Assembly (NCBI GenBank): GCA_963784705.1
Contig: CAWASC010000008.1
Location: 538,141-602,140, forward strand
DNA length: 64,000 bases
Source of the DNA: an uncultured Actinomycetota bacterium
GTDB taxonomy: Bacteria > Actinomycetota > Actinomycetes > Mycobacteriales > SCTD01
Reading direction: 5' to 3'
Below are positions 34,355 to 42,813 of this stretch, piece by piece. A program made the translations under genes and the position numbers. Position 1 is the stretch's first letter. The number at the start of each line of letters is the position of its first letter. The notes beneath the pieces were generated by a model that ran no database searches, had not been told where the DNA came from, and was given only the letters and a program-made list of their open reading frames with translations.

Positions 34355-36712
34355 GTGCGGCTGTCCCGTTCCCCACTCCTGCTGGCCCTGGCCGCGCTGT
34401 CCCTGCCGCTCGTCCTGACGACCGACGCCGCGTCGTACCTCGTCCGGACCGTGACCGCCGTGCTCGCCGTGCTGGCGCTCGTGCGGTGGTCGGGACCCTC
34501 GACCCGGCGGGCGCAGCGACTTCTCGCGGGGTCACTGGGCATGGGTATCGCCTCCGGCCTGACCGCCACAGCACACGTGACCCTGACCGGCAGCGTGTCG
34601 CCTGCCGGGGCGCTCGCTGACTGGCTCTACCTCGGCTACGCGCCCCTGGCCGTCGCCGGCATCCTCGCCCTCCCCCGCCCGGCGGCCGTCGGCCCCTGGC
34701 GGGCGAAGGCGCTCGCCGACGCCACGGTGGCCGTGGGGTCGCTCGCGTTCGTCCTCGCGCCGCTCATGGTGGCCCTGGTGCACGCGGGGACCGGGTCGCG
34801 GCGAGCCACGGCGGCCGCCCTGGGCTACCCCGCTCTTGCCGTGTTCGTCCTCGCCGTCGTGCTGTCTGCCCTCCCCCGCGTCGCCCCCGAGCAGCGACCC
34901 TTCCTGCGCGTGGCGGGTACCGGGTTCGCCCTGCTGACCTTGGGCGACATCGGCTACTCCGTCGCGATCCTGGATGGCACCTACCGGCCCACCAGCCTGC
35001 TCGTGCTGCTCATGCAAGGAGGCCTGCTCCTCGTCCTGTTCGCGCCGCTGACGACCGAGAGCGCGCACACCGGTCGCCTGTCGGTGCCGGCCGTGGCGGG
35101 CCCCGTCGAGACCGCTGCCCCCTACCTCCCGCTGCTCGGGGTGGCCGCCGTCCTCGCGGTGCTGCTCGCGCACGGCGAGCGGCCCACCGAGGCGCAGACC
35201 GTCCTCGGGCTCGTCCTCGCCCTCGGGGTCATCACCCGCCAGGTGCTGAGCAACGACGAGCACCGACAGGCGGTCCTCTCACTCCTCGCCCGGGAGCGTC
35301 AGGCGAACGAGCTGGCGCTGCGCGACCCCCTGACCGGGCTGGCCAACCGCATCCGGCTGCACCTGGCCCTCGATGACCTGCTCACGCAGAAGCTGGCGGA
35401 GCCGGTGTGCCTGGCCCTGCTCGACCTCGACGACTTCAAGGTCATCAACGACACGCACGGCCACGACACCGGCGACGAGGTGCTGCGCGAGGTCGGCCTG
35501 CGACTGCAGCGGTCCGCACCGGTAGGAGCGGTCGTGGCGCGTCTGGGAGGGGACGAGTTCGCCGTCTGCCTGCGATCGGCGGAGCCCGCTGAGCTCGGTA
35601 CGCGTCTGGTCGGCGCGCTGGCGACGCCGATCACGGTCGGACGTCGGGACTTCACCGTGACGGCGAGCATCGGGGTCGTCCTCGCGGACGCTGGAGCCGC
35701 GAACGCCCTGTCGCACGTCGACGTCGCCATGTACCAGGCCAAGTCGGTCAAGGCGCCGCAGCGATCGCGGGTGGTCGTGCTGTCCGGCGCGTCCCGGGAG
35801 GCTGCGACCGCCCGGGTGCAGCTGCGTGACGACATCTCCCGGCCCGACCTCTCGCAGTTCCGGGTCGTCTACGAGCCGATGGTCGACCTCGCCACCGGCG
35901 CGCTCGTCGGCGCGGAAGCGCTCCTGCGATGGGACCACCCGACGCTCGGTGCCGTGGAACCGGGTGAGTTCATCCCGCTCGCGGAGACGGTCGGCTCCAT
36001 CCATGCCCTCGGCGAGCTGTGCCTGCGGTCGGCCGTGGCAGACCTGGCCGGGTGGCTGCGCACCGCGCAGGAACAAGGCGAGCCCCTCGGCACTGCATCG
36101 GTCGGGGTCAACCTCAGCCCGCGCCAGCTCGGGAGCCTGGACCTGTGCGACGTCGTGCGCGACGTGCTGGCCGAGCACCAGCTGCCGCCGTACCGGCTGG
36201 TCCTCGAGATCACCGAGCAGGCGCTGATGGACGACTGGGCCACCGCCGTCGACGTCGTGCGCGAGCTCAGGGCGATGGGCGTGGCGGTCGCGGTGGACGA
36301 CTTCGGCACCGGCTACTCCTCCCTGCGGTACCTGCGCCGCTTCGACACCAGCACCGTCAAGATCGACCGGGAGTTCGTGCAGGCACTGCCGGACGAGGAG
36401 CGCACCCGCGCCCTGGTCGCGAGCGTGCTGGACATGGCGCGCGCTCTCGGGCTGTACACCGTGGCCGAGGGCATCGAGACGCTCGACCAGCTGCAGGTAC
36501 TGCGGACCCTCGGCTGCCGGTTCGCGCAGGGCTACCTGTTCGACCGGCCGATGTCCGCCACCGCCTTCGGTGACCTGCTGCTCGCCCGGCACACCTACCC
36601 GATGGCGGAGCTGCCGCGGACCGCGGCGCTCGTGCCCCCACCGCGCGAGTGGTCGGGAGCAGGCGAGGTCATGCCGAGCCCCCTTCCGGTCATCGCGCGA
36701 CGGCACGGGTGA
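34355..36712 (+). CDS. membrane-bound diguanylate cyclase/phosphodiesterase (multi-TM N-terminus + GGDEF + EAL)
   Basis: GTG 34355. About 9 hydrophobic helices. RLGGDEFAV and EALLRW motifs plus DDFGTGYSSL, all intact. Confidence 0.85.
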   Translation: MRLSRSPLLLALAALSLPLVLTTDAASYLVRTVTAVLAVLALVRWSGPSTRRAQRLLAGSLGMGIASGLTATAHVTLTGSVSPAGALADWLYLGYAPLAVAGILALPRPAAVGPWRAKALADATVAVGSLAFVLAPLMVALVHAGTGSRRATAAALGYPALAVFVLAVVLSALPRVAPEQRPFLRVAGTGFALLTLGDIGYSVAILDGTYRPTSLLVLLMQGGLLLVLFAPLTTESAHTGRLSVPAVAGPVETAAPYLPLLGVAAVLAVLLAHGERPTEAQTVLGLVLALGVITRQVLSNDEHRQAVLSLLARERQANELALRDPLTGLANRIRLHLALDDLLTQKLAEPVCLALLDLDDFKVINDTHGHDTGDEVLREVGLRLQRSAPVGAVVARLGGDEFAVCLRSAEPAELGTRLVGALATPITVGRRDFTVTASIGVVLADAGAANALSHVDVAMYQAKSVKAPQRSRVVVLSGASREAATARVQLRDDISRPDLSQFRVVYEPMVDLATGALVGAEALLRWDHPTLGAVEPGEFIPLAETVGSIHALGELCLRSAVADLAGWLRTAQEQGEPLGTASVGVNLSPRQLGSLDLCDVVRDVLAEHQLPPYRLVLEITEQALMDDWATAVDVVRELRAMGVAVAVDDFGTGYSSLRYLRRFDTSTVKIDREFVQALPDEERTRALVASVLDMARALGLYTVAEGIETLDQLQVLRTLGCRFAQGYLFDRPMSATAFGDLLLARHTYPMAELPRTAALVPPPREWSGAGEVMPSPLPVIARRHG

Positions 36713-37022
36713 CCGCGGCCGCGCCCACGCACAGCACCACTGTCGCCAGCACGTAGCGACGGCTGCTCGGCGCGCGTACGTCGGCGGCGACCTCCACGGC
36801 GAAGGTGCTGAACGTGGTGAGCCCTCCGCAGAAGCCGACCCCGACCAGCGCGGCGACCGATGCCGACGCGCCCGCGAGAGCTCCGAGGAGGGCACTGCCG
36901 ACGACGTTCACGGCCAGCGTCGCCCCCCTGCCCGGTCGCCACACCCCGACGAGGAAGCGCACCACGGCCCCCGCGCCGCCGCCGAGGGCCACCAGCAGCA
37001 GCGTCACCGGCGCAGCCCCCAC
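36690..37022 (-). CDS. crcB: fluoride efflux transporter CrcB
   Basis: 110 aa. GGLTTFSTF motif. Second gene of a tandem pair. Confidence 0.88.
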   Translation of the reverse strand: MGAAPVTLLLVALGGGAGAVVRFLVGVWRPGRGATLAVNVVGSALLGALAGASASVAALVGVGFCGGLTTFSTFAVEVAADVRAPSSRRYVLATVVLCVGAAAVTRAVAR

Positions 37023-37336
37023 CGGGCCGCTGCGACGCCCAGCACCAGCGTCGCCAGCAGGGAGGCGGTGCCGGTGACCGGACCGGCGTCCAGGGTCTGC
37101 ACCGCGAGCGCCGAGGTCGTCGTGAAGCCACCGAGGACCCCGGTGCCCAGCAGGACGCGGCGCGGGTCGCCGCGGTCGGGGACGCGCGCGACGAGGACGC
37201 CGAGCAGCAGGGCACCGAAGACGTTGATGACCAGCGTCGTGGGCAGATCGGGGCCGGCGTCCACGAGCAGGTACCGCGCCGAGGCACCGAGGGCGCCACC
37301 CGCCCAGGCAGCGGACATCATCGGGAGCGGGGGCAC
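37004..37336 (-). CDS. crcB: fluoride efflux transporter CrcB
   Basis: 110 aa. GGFTTTSA motif. 19-nt overlap with the downstream crcB. Confidence 0.85.
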   Translation of the reverse strand: MPPLPMMSAAWAGGALGASARYLLVDAGPDLPTTLVINVFGALLLGVLVARVPDRGDPRRVLLGTGVLGGFTTTSALAVQTLDAGPVTGTASLLATLVLGVAAARWGLRR

Positions 37337-37354
37337 GCCCCTCAGCCTCTCAGG

Positions 37355-39190
37355 TCAGGACGGCTCGGCCTCGCCCCTCAGGCGGCGCGCCGCGTAACCG
37401 GCCGCGAGCGTTCCTGCCGCGAGCAGGGCAACCTCCCCGGCGAGCCCCGTCGAGGGCAGGGACGGTCCGGCCGGGGGCGGCGCCTGGGCGGCCGGCGTCC
37501 TGGCCGGCGCCGCCTCGGGCAGCCGGAAGGGTGCCGCCACGAGCAGCTCGACGTTGCGGTCCTCGACCTTGCCCCGCCGGGCGTCGCTGCGCTCCTGCGG
37601 GTCGTTCGCGGCGAGCTCGCGGGCCAGCGACGCCAGCGCCGTCGTGCTGTCCAGCCGACCGCCGTACGCCAGGGGTGCGGCCGCGTCGACGACAGTGCCG
37701 AACAGCGACAGGGTGCCGTCGTGGTTGTCGACGAGCTCGAGCAGGCGCGCCTGCGCCGGCCAGTCGACGTGCGCGGCGGTGTTGACCTCCCAGAACCCGC
37801 CGCCGCCGGCGCGGAGGTACGGCGTCACGCGGTTGACGTGCGTGTGCCCGTTCACCCACGCGATGACGTTCGGGAACGTCAGCAGCAGGTCGCGCACCGC
37901 TGGGCCGAGAACGCGCTGCTGCGGGTCGTCCGGACCGACGATCTGGTTGGTCATGCTGGCGATCGTGTGGTGGCTGAACACGACGACGTAGGCCTTCGTG
38001 GCTTCCTGCAGCCGGGCCTTCAGCCACGCGAGCTGCCCGGGGTCGATCGACCCGCTGCTCTCGCCGTTCGGGTTGACGGTGTCCAGCACGATCCCCAGCA
38101 CGTGCGGCGCCATCGGGAAGGTGTAGTACGCCGTCCCGGCAGCGACGTTCGCGGCGGTGTAGCCGTGACCGAGGGGCAGCCCACCGGTGGTGAAGTGCTC
38201 CTTGACCGTCTCGGTGCGGGTGATCACCTGGCGCATCGGGTCGGCGGTCACCATCCTCACGGGCGCCGTCGCGAGGGCCGGCACGACCGTGGGGTCACCC
38301 GCGGCGACGTCGGCCGGCGAGACGCCCGCCGGGAGCGACGTGATCTTCACCGGCCCGGTGGCAGCCCGGGTGAGCTGGAAGGACTGCGGGAAGTTGCCCT
38401 GCACCAGCCCGTCGTGGTTGCCGTAGCAGGTGTACCAGCGCCGGTTGACCCCGTGGGCCCGGAAGGGTCTGCGGGCAGCGTCGAGCAGCCCCTTCACCAC
38501 GGGGAACCCGAACTGCGCGCGCAGCTCGTCGTCCTGCTTGCCGCTCGGCGTGCCGTCGGGGTGCCAGTAGTGCACGTCGTAGCTGTTCGGCTCCTGGTCG
38601 TGCACGCCCTCCCACTGCGCCGTGGAGCCGCTGTCCGGCCGCACGGTCCCGCCGTCCAGGAGGTCGATCTGCCAGCGCAGCTCGTTGCGCTGGCAGTTGT
38701 CCGCGTTGTCGCCGGTGCACATCACGAAGTCGAGCGGACGCCCGCCCACCGGCCCGCGCCCGATCTGCTCCACGGCGGCGATGATCCGGTCGGCGACCTG
38801 CGTGGTGAGCATCTCGTGCGGCCGGTAGGCCGCGCCGAAGATCAGCGGTGACCCGGGACCGTCGTTGTAGCGGTCGAGGAACTCCACCCGCGCCGGTGAC
38901 TGCGCGTCGACCACGTGGATGTCCGTCAGCTGCGCGAACGCCACCAACGACGTACGACGCGAGGGCCGTCCGGACCTGGCGCGGGCGCCGAGGTCCTCGC
39001 GGACGGTGTGCGGCTCCCCCGGCCCGGACACCAACCGGGCGTAGCCGCCGACGCCCGGCGCGCCACGCAGGACGGTCGACGCCGTGGTGGCCACCTCGGT
39101 GGGCGCCGCCTGCGCGGTGCGCGCCGGGAACCACGCCGCCGCTCCGAGCAGGGCAGCGCCCTGGACCGCAGACCTTCGTGAGATGTTCAT
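37355..39190 (-). CDS. Tat-secreted metallophosphoesterase (TIGR03767-like, from memory) with C-terminal LPXTG-type sorting signal
   Basis: ATG 39190. Twin-arginine signal SRRSAVQGAALLGAAAW. Metallophosphoesterase motifs LTDIHV, GDNADN, GNHD, and GHTH. C-terminus LPSTG + hydrophobic helix + RRLR. Confidence 0.8.
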   Translation of the reverse strand: MNISRRSAVQGAALLGAAAWFPARTAQAAPTEVATTASTVLRGAPGVGGYARLVSGPGEPHTVREDLGARARSGRPSRRTSLVAFAQLTDIHVVDAQSPARVEFLDRYNDGPGSPLIFGAAYRPHEMLTTQVADRIIAAVEQIGRGPVGGRPLDFVMCTGDNADNCQRNELRWQIDLLDGGTVRPDSGSTAQWEGVHDQEPNSYDVHYWHPDGTPSGKQDDELRAQFGFPVVKGLLDAARRPFRAHGVNRRWYTCYGNHDGLVQGNFPQSFQLTRAATGPVKITSLPAGVSPADVAAGDPTVVPALATAPVRMVTADPMRQVITRTETVKEHFTTGGLPLGHGYTAANVAAGTAYYTFPMAPHVLGIVLDTVNPNGESSGSIDPGQLAWLKARLQEATKAYVVVFSHHTIASMTNQIVGPDDPQQRVLGPAVRDLLLTFPNVIAWVNGHTHVNRVTPYLRAGGGGFWEVNTAAHVDWPAQARLLELVDNHDGTLSLFGTVVDAAAPLAYGGRLDSTTALASLARELAANDPQERSDARRGKVEDRNVELLVAAPFRLPEAAPARTPAAQAPPPAGPSLPSTGLAGEVALLAAGTLAAGYAARRLRGEAEPS

Positions 39191-39319
39191 CTGCGTAGCG
39201 TTGCACCTGCGTACCGTCTGCGGGAGCAGGACTTGATCCACATCACAGGTGTCAAGCGCGCTCACACGGGGGACGGTGCCGTCAGGGCGCTGTCGCCCAC
39301 CACCTACAGGGGGAACACG

Positions 39320-39709
39320 TTGAAGGACACTGTCGTGCTGCGCCTGCCCGCGCAGGGGGCTTACCTGTCCGTGCTGCGGACGGCGACCGCGTCACTGGCC
39401 TCCCGGCTCGACTTCACCCTCGACGACATCGAGGACCTCCGCATCGCCGTCGACGAGGCCTGCGCGATGCTGCTCAGCCAGGCCGTGGCCGGCGCCGAGC
39501 TCACCTGCTCCTTCGAGCTCGCGGGCGACGCCCTCGCCGTGGCCGTCAGCGTCCCGACGGTCGACGGTCAGGTCCCCTCGCGGGACACCTTCGCCTGGAC
39601 CGTGCTCACCGCCCTGGCCGGCGGCGTCGACGCGTCGGTCGACAGCGACCGGGTGGTGACGATCGCCCTCCGCAAGCAGCGCCTGGACGAGACGGCGGCA
39701 GCCTCGTGA
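39320..39709 (+). CDS. anti-sigma factor (RsbW/UsfX-like HATPase protein)
   Basis: TTG 39320 lies 5 nt after AGGGGGA (an alternative GTG exists at 39335). GTGA overlap with the sigma factor gene. Confidence 0.7.
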   Translation: MKDTVVLRLPAQGAYLSVLRTATASLASRLDFTLDDIEDLRIAVDEACAMLLSQAVAGAELTCSFELAGDALAVAVSVPTVDGQVPSRDTFAWTVLTALAGGVDASVDSDRVVTIALRKQRLDETAAAS

Positions 39710-40596
39710 CCAGCCCCTCCTCCGAGCTCACCCCCGTGCCCGAGCAGGCGGGACCGGACGACGCGATCGACCCGGACGTGCTGGCAGTGACCGCGGAGCT
39801 CGAGGCGCCGGAAGGTGACTCCCGCCGCGAGCGCATCGCCGCCGAGCGGGCACGGGCCAGGGTGATGTTCGGCGAGCTGGTCGACCTGCCCGCCGGCGAC
39901 CCGCGTCGCGCCCGCCTGCGCGACGAGCTGGTCGAGATGCACCTGCCCCTGGTCGAGTACCTCGCCCGTCGTTTTCGCAACCGGGGAGAGCCTCTCGACG
40001 ACCTGGTGCAGGTCGCCACCATCGGGCTCATCAAGAGCGTGGACCGCTTCGACCTCGAGCGGGGCGTGGAGTTCTCGACGTACGCCACACCCACGATCGT
40101 CGGCGAGATCAAGCGCCACTTCCGCGACAAGGGCTGGGCGATCCGCGTGCCGCGGCGCCTGCAGGAGCTGAAGCTCTCGCTGACCAAGGCGACCGGCGAG
40201 CTGTCCCAGAAGAACGGCCGCGCACCGACCGTCGCCGAGCTCGCCGGGCACCTGGGACTCACCGAGGAGGAGATCCTCGAGGGGTTGGAGTCCGCCAACG
40301 CCTACTCCGCGGTGTCGCTCGACGCGCCCGACGGCGGCGACGACGACAGCCCGGCGGTCGCCGACTCCCTCGGGATGGTCGACGAGGCGCTCGAGGGCGT
40401 CGAGGACCGCGAGTCCCTCAAGCCCCTGCTCGACAAGCTCCCGGCGCGCGAGAAGAAGATCCTCATGCTCCGCTTCTTCGGCGGCATGACGCAGTCGCAG
40501 ATCGCCGCGGAGCTCGGCATCAGCCAGATGCACGTCTCCCGGCTGCTGGCGCGCACCCTGGCGCAGCTGCGCGTGGGGATGCTCGCCGAGGACTGA
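39706..40596 (+). CDS. SigB/SigF/SigG-family (group 3) RNA polymerase sigma factor
   Basis: Region 2 DDLVQVATIGLIKSVDRFD...FSTYATPTIVGEIKRHFRD, plus regions 3 and 4 (MTQSQIAAELGISQMHVSRLL). Confidence 0.9.
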   Translation: MTSPSSELTPVPEQAGPDDAIDPDVLAVTAELEAPEGDSRRERIAAERARARVMFGELVDLPAGDPRRARLRDELVEMHLPLVEYLARRFRNRGEPLDDLVQVATIGLIKSVDRFDLERGVEFSTYATPTIVGEIKRHFRDKGWAIRVPRRLQELKLSLTKATGELSQKNGRAPTVAELAGHLGLTEEEILEGLESANAYSAVSLDAPDGGDDDSPAVADSLGMVDEALEGVEDRESLKPLLDKLPAREKKILMLRFFGGMTQSQIAAELGISQMHVSRLLARTLAQLRVGMLAED

Positions 40597-40602
40597 CCGG
40601 GG

Positions 40603-40968
40603 TCACCGCTCGCGGAACAGCTCCCGCAGGTCAGGGGTCGCGAACAGGTAGAGCACCGACGCGGGGAGCAGCAGCAACGGGATCGCGGCATACCAGGCGC
40701 CGCTCTCCAGCGCGGTCAGCCCCACCGGCATCGGCAGCACGTTGAGCACGACAGCCGGCGCACGGGCCCACGCGCGCTGCCGGTCGACCGCGCGGGCCAG
40801 CAGCGCGAGCACGACCCCGGTGGCGACGGCGAACAGGGCGGCGTACAGGGCGAACTGACCGTCCGCAGCGCCGTCGGACCGGCTGACGATCGCGTAGACG
40901 ACGCCCACCGCGGTGAGGGACACGCCCTCCAGCAGCAGCAGCGCAGCAAGACGGCGGAGCAGGGGCAC
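40603..40968 (-). CDS. small integral membrane protein (4 predicted helices), unknown function
   Basis: 121 aa, hydrophobic, with high GC3. Confidence 0.6.
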   Translation of the reverse strand: MPLLRRLAALLLLEGVSLTAVGVVYAIVSRSDGAADGQFALYAALFAVATGVVLALLARAVDRQRAWARAPAVVLNVLPMPVGLTALESGAWYAAIPLLLLPASVLYLFATPDLRELFRER

Positions 40969-40985
40969 GCCGGTAGACTAGGTCG

Positions 40986-41903
40986 ATGCGCGCGCTCCTG
41001 GTCGTGAACCCCAAGGCCACGACCACGTCGGTGCGCGCCCGTGACGTCCTCGCGCACGCCCTGGCCAGCGAGGTGAAGCTCGACGTCGTCGAGACCAGCC
41101 ACCGCGGGCACGCGACCGAGCTGGCCCGCCAGGCCGCGATCGACGGGCTCGACGTCGTCGTCGCGCTGGGTGGCGACGGCACGGTCAACGAGGTCACCAA
41201 CGGGCTGCTGCACGCCGGGCCGCAGGACGGCCTCCCCGCACTCGCCGTCGTCCCCGCCGGCAGTACCAACGTCTTCGCCCGGACGCTCGGCATGCCCAAC
41301 AACCCGATCGAGGCCACCAGCCAGCTGCTCGAGGGTCTGCTCGAGGACCGCCGCCGCACCATCGGGCTCGGCCGCGCCGGCGACCGCTGGTTCACCTTCA
41401 ACGTCGGGCTCGGCCTGGACGCCGGAGCCGTACGACGTGTCGAGGCTGCCCGCGAGAAGGGGCGCAAGGCCACCCAGGCGAGGTACGTCCGCGCCGCGCT
41501 CAAGGAGTTCTACGTCGGCGCGCCGCGCACCAGCCCGGTGACGCTCGAGCGTCCCGGTGCCGAGCCGGTCGAGCTCGGGCTGGCCCTCGTCTGCAACACC
41601 GACCCCTGGACCTACCTGGGCGACCGTCCGGTCAGCCCGTGCCCCGATGCCGGCTTCGACACCGGGCTGGACCTGTTCGGCCTCACGTCGGTGCCGACCG
41701 TGCCGGTGCTGCGGCACCTGACACAGCTGCTCGCCTCGGGACGACGCCCGAAGGGCAAGCGGGTGGTGCTGCTGCACGACCTGGACCGGTTCGTGCTCCG
41801 GGCGGACAGCCCGCTCCCGCTGCAGGTCGACGGGGACTACCTCGGCGAGCACGATCGCGTCGAGCTCACCGCTGTCCCCCGCGCCCTGTCCGTCGTCCTG
41901 TAG
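40986..41903 (+). CDS. diacylglycerol kinase family lipid kinase
   Basis: 305 aa. The N-terminus begins MRALLVVNPKA and the GGDGTVNEV motif is present. Confidence 0.88.
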   Translation: MRALLVVNPKATTTSVRARDVLAHALASEVKLDVVETSHRGHATELARQAAIDGLDVVVALGGDGTVNEVTNGLLHAGPQDGLPALAVVPAGSTNVFARTLGMPNNPIEATSQLLEGLLEDRRRTIGLGRAGDRWFTFNVGLGLDAGAVRRVEAAREKGRKATQARYVRAALKEFYVGAPRTSPVTLERPGAEPVELGLALVCNTDPWTYLGDRPVSPCPDAGFDTGLDLFGLTSVPTVPVLRHLTQLLASGRRPKGKRVVLLHDLDRFVLRADSPLPLQVDGDYLGEHDRVELTAVPRALSVVL

Positions 41904-41929
41904 AGCCCCCTCCCGCCGTACCCACCCCC

Positions 41930-41993
41930 GCGCGAACGGATACGCGCGGGTGGGTTGAGGGAGCAGCACCAGCCCGCGCGTATCCGTTCGCGC
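41930..41993 (+). terminator. perfect 21-bp inverted repeat (22-nt loop) downstream of the lipid kinase gene; possible terminator or RNA element
   Basis: GCGCGAACGGATACGCGCGGG (41930-41950) / CCCGCGCGTATCCGTTCGCGC (41973-41993). Each arm is itself a GCGCG-N8-CGCGC hairpin. No U-tract follows. Confidence 0.5.
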
Positions 41994-42306
41994 ACGATCA
42001 CCGCTGCGGGTGACGGCTGTCAGGCGTTCGGGTGACGCAGAGGGCACCCACCGATCAGGACGTGACGAAGGCGACAGCACCCGGCCGCAGGTGCACGCGT
42101 GGAACGCTTGCCACGGTGCCGAGCGAGTGCTTGGGTAGAACCGCGTTCGACGCCGGCCCCTCACCTGCGTGATCGCGGTGTGGATCACCCCTCACGGGGT
42201 AGTCCCCGCCTGGTCGTGAACGTCACAAGCCCCCGGCGCAGCCGCGCCGGACCCCCCACGCAGGGCGCGTCCCACGCGTCCCGCGAGCGTCGAGGAGTTG
42301 GACCGC

Positions 42307-42558
42307 ATGGACTGGCGCCAGCGCGCGCTCTGCCGCGAGCAGGACCCCGAGCTCTTCTTCCCGATCGGGACGACCGGCCCTGCCGCCGTCCAGGTCGACC
42401 AGGCGAAGGCCGTGTGCCGACGCTGCCCCGTGGTCGAGCCCTGTCTGACGTGGGCCCTCGAGACGGGCCAGGACGCCGGTGTCTGGGGGGCCACCGACGA
42501 GGACGAGCGCAGGCTGCTCGCCCGTCGCGGCGCACGAGCGCGTGTCCGCACTGCCTGA
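42307..42558 (+). CDS. whiB1: WhiB-family [4Fe-4S] transcriptional regulator, WhiB1-like
   Basis: ATG 42307 lies 9 nt after GAGGAG. MDWRQRALCREQDPELFFP...CRRCPV..C...GVWG. Synteny with pdtaS as in M. tuberculosis. Confidence 0.9.
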   Translation: MDWRQRALCREQDPELFFPIGTTGPAAVQVDQAKAVCRRCPVVEPCLTWALETGQDAGVWGATDEDERRLLARRGARARVRTA

Positions 42559-42567
42559 CCGCGTGGC

Positions 42568-42813
42568 GTGTCCGTGAGGCGCGAGCGCTGGGTCAGCCCA
42601 CCCCTCGTCGCGCGTGAAGCCCCGTCCGCATCCGCGGCGCGCTGGCGCTTCCGGGCCTTCACCGGCGTGCTCATGGCGATCGTGGGCGTGCTGGTGTTCC
42701 TGATGTTCCTCAAGGTCGCAGGAGTGACGTCGGAGGACCCGGGCTTCGGCGTGGGGCTCAGGGCTGCTCAGACGAGCCTGCAGACGCCGCAGGTGGCTCC
42801 AGCGGCAGGGTGA
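42568..42813 (+). CDS. possible small membrane protein (single TM helix)
   Basis: 81-aa ORF with high GC3 in the otherwise unassigned 190-nt gap. Contains the TM segment FTGVLMAIVGVLVFLMFL. No RBS seen. The 3' end overlaps pdtaS. Confidence 0.35.
   Translation: MSVRRERWVSPPLVAREAPSASAARWRFRAFTGVLMAIVGVLVFLMFLKVAGVTSEDPGFGVGLRAAQTSLQTPQVAPAAG

Noticed and set aside
37337-37354. A fluoride (crcB-motif) riboswitch in front of the crcB pair or in front of the upstream metallophosphoesterase (39191-39319).
   Set aside because: The 18-nt gap is too short. I could not recognise the conserved riboswitch core in the 129-nt region upstream of the phosphoesterase. This needs a covariance-model scan to be certain.
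39191-39319. A SigF/SigB-type autoregulatory promoter (GTTT-N15-17-GGGTAT-like) upstream of the rsbW-sigma pair.
   Set aside because: No GGGTA-like -10 element or GTTT -35 element was found in the 129-nt spacer.
42161-42230. CRP(Rv3676)-type sites upstream of whiB1, as known in M. tuberculosis. Several GTGA/TCAC half-sites occur (tcacctgcGTGAtcgcggtgtggaTCACccctcac, GTGAacgTCAC).
   Set aside because: None has the TGTGA-N6-TCACA spacing. The observed spacers are 3, 8 or 12 nt, so I cannot support a CRP site from sequence alone.
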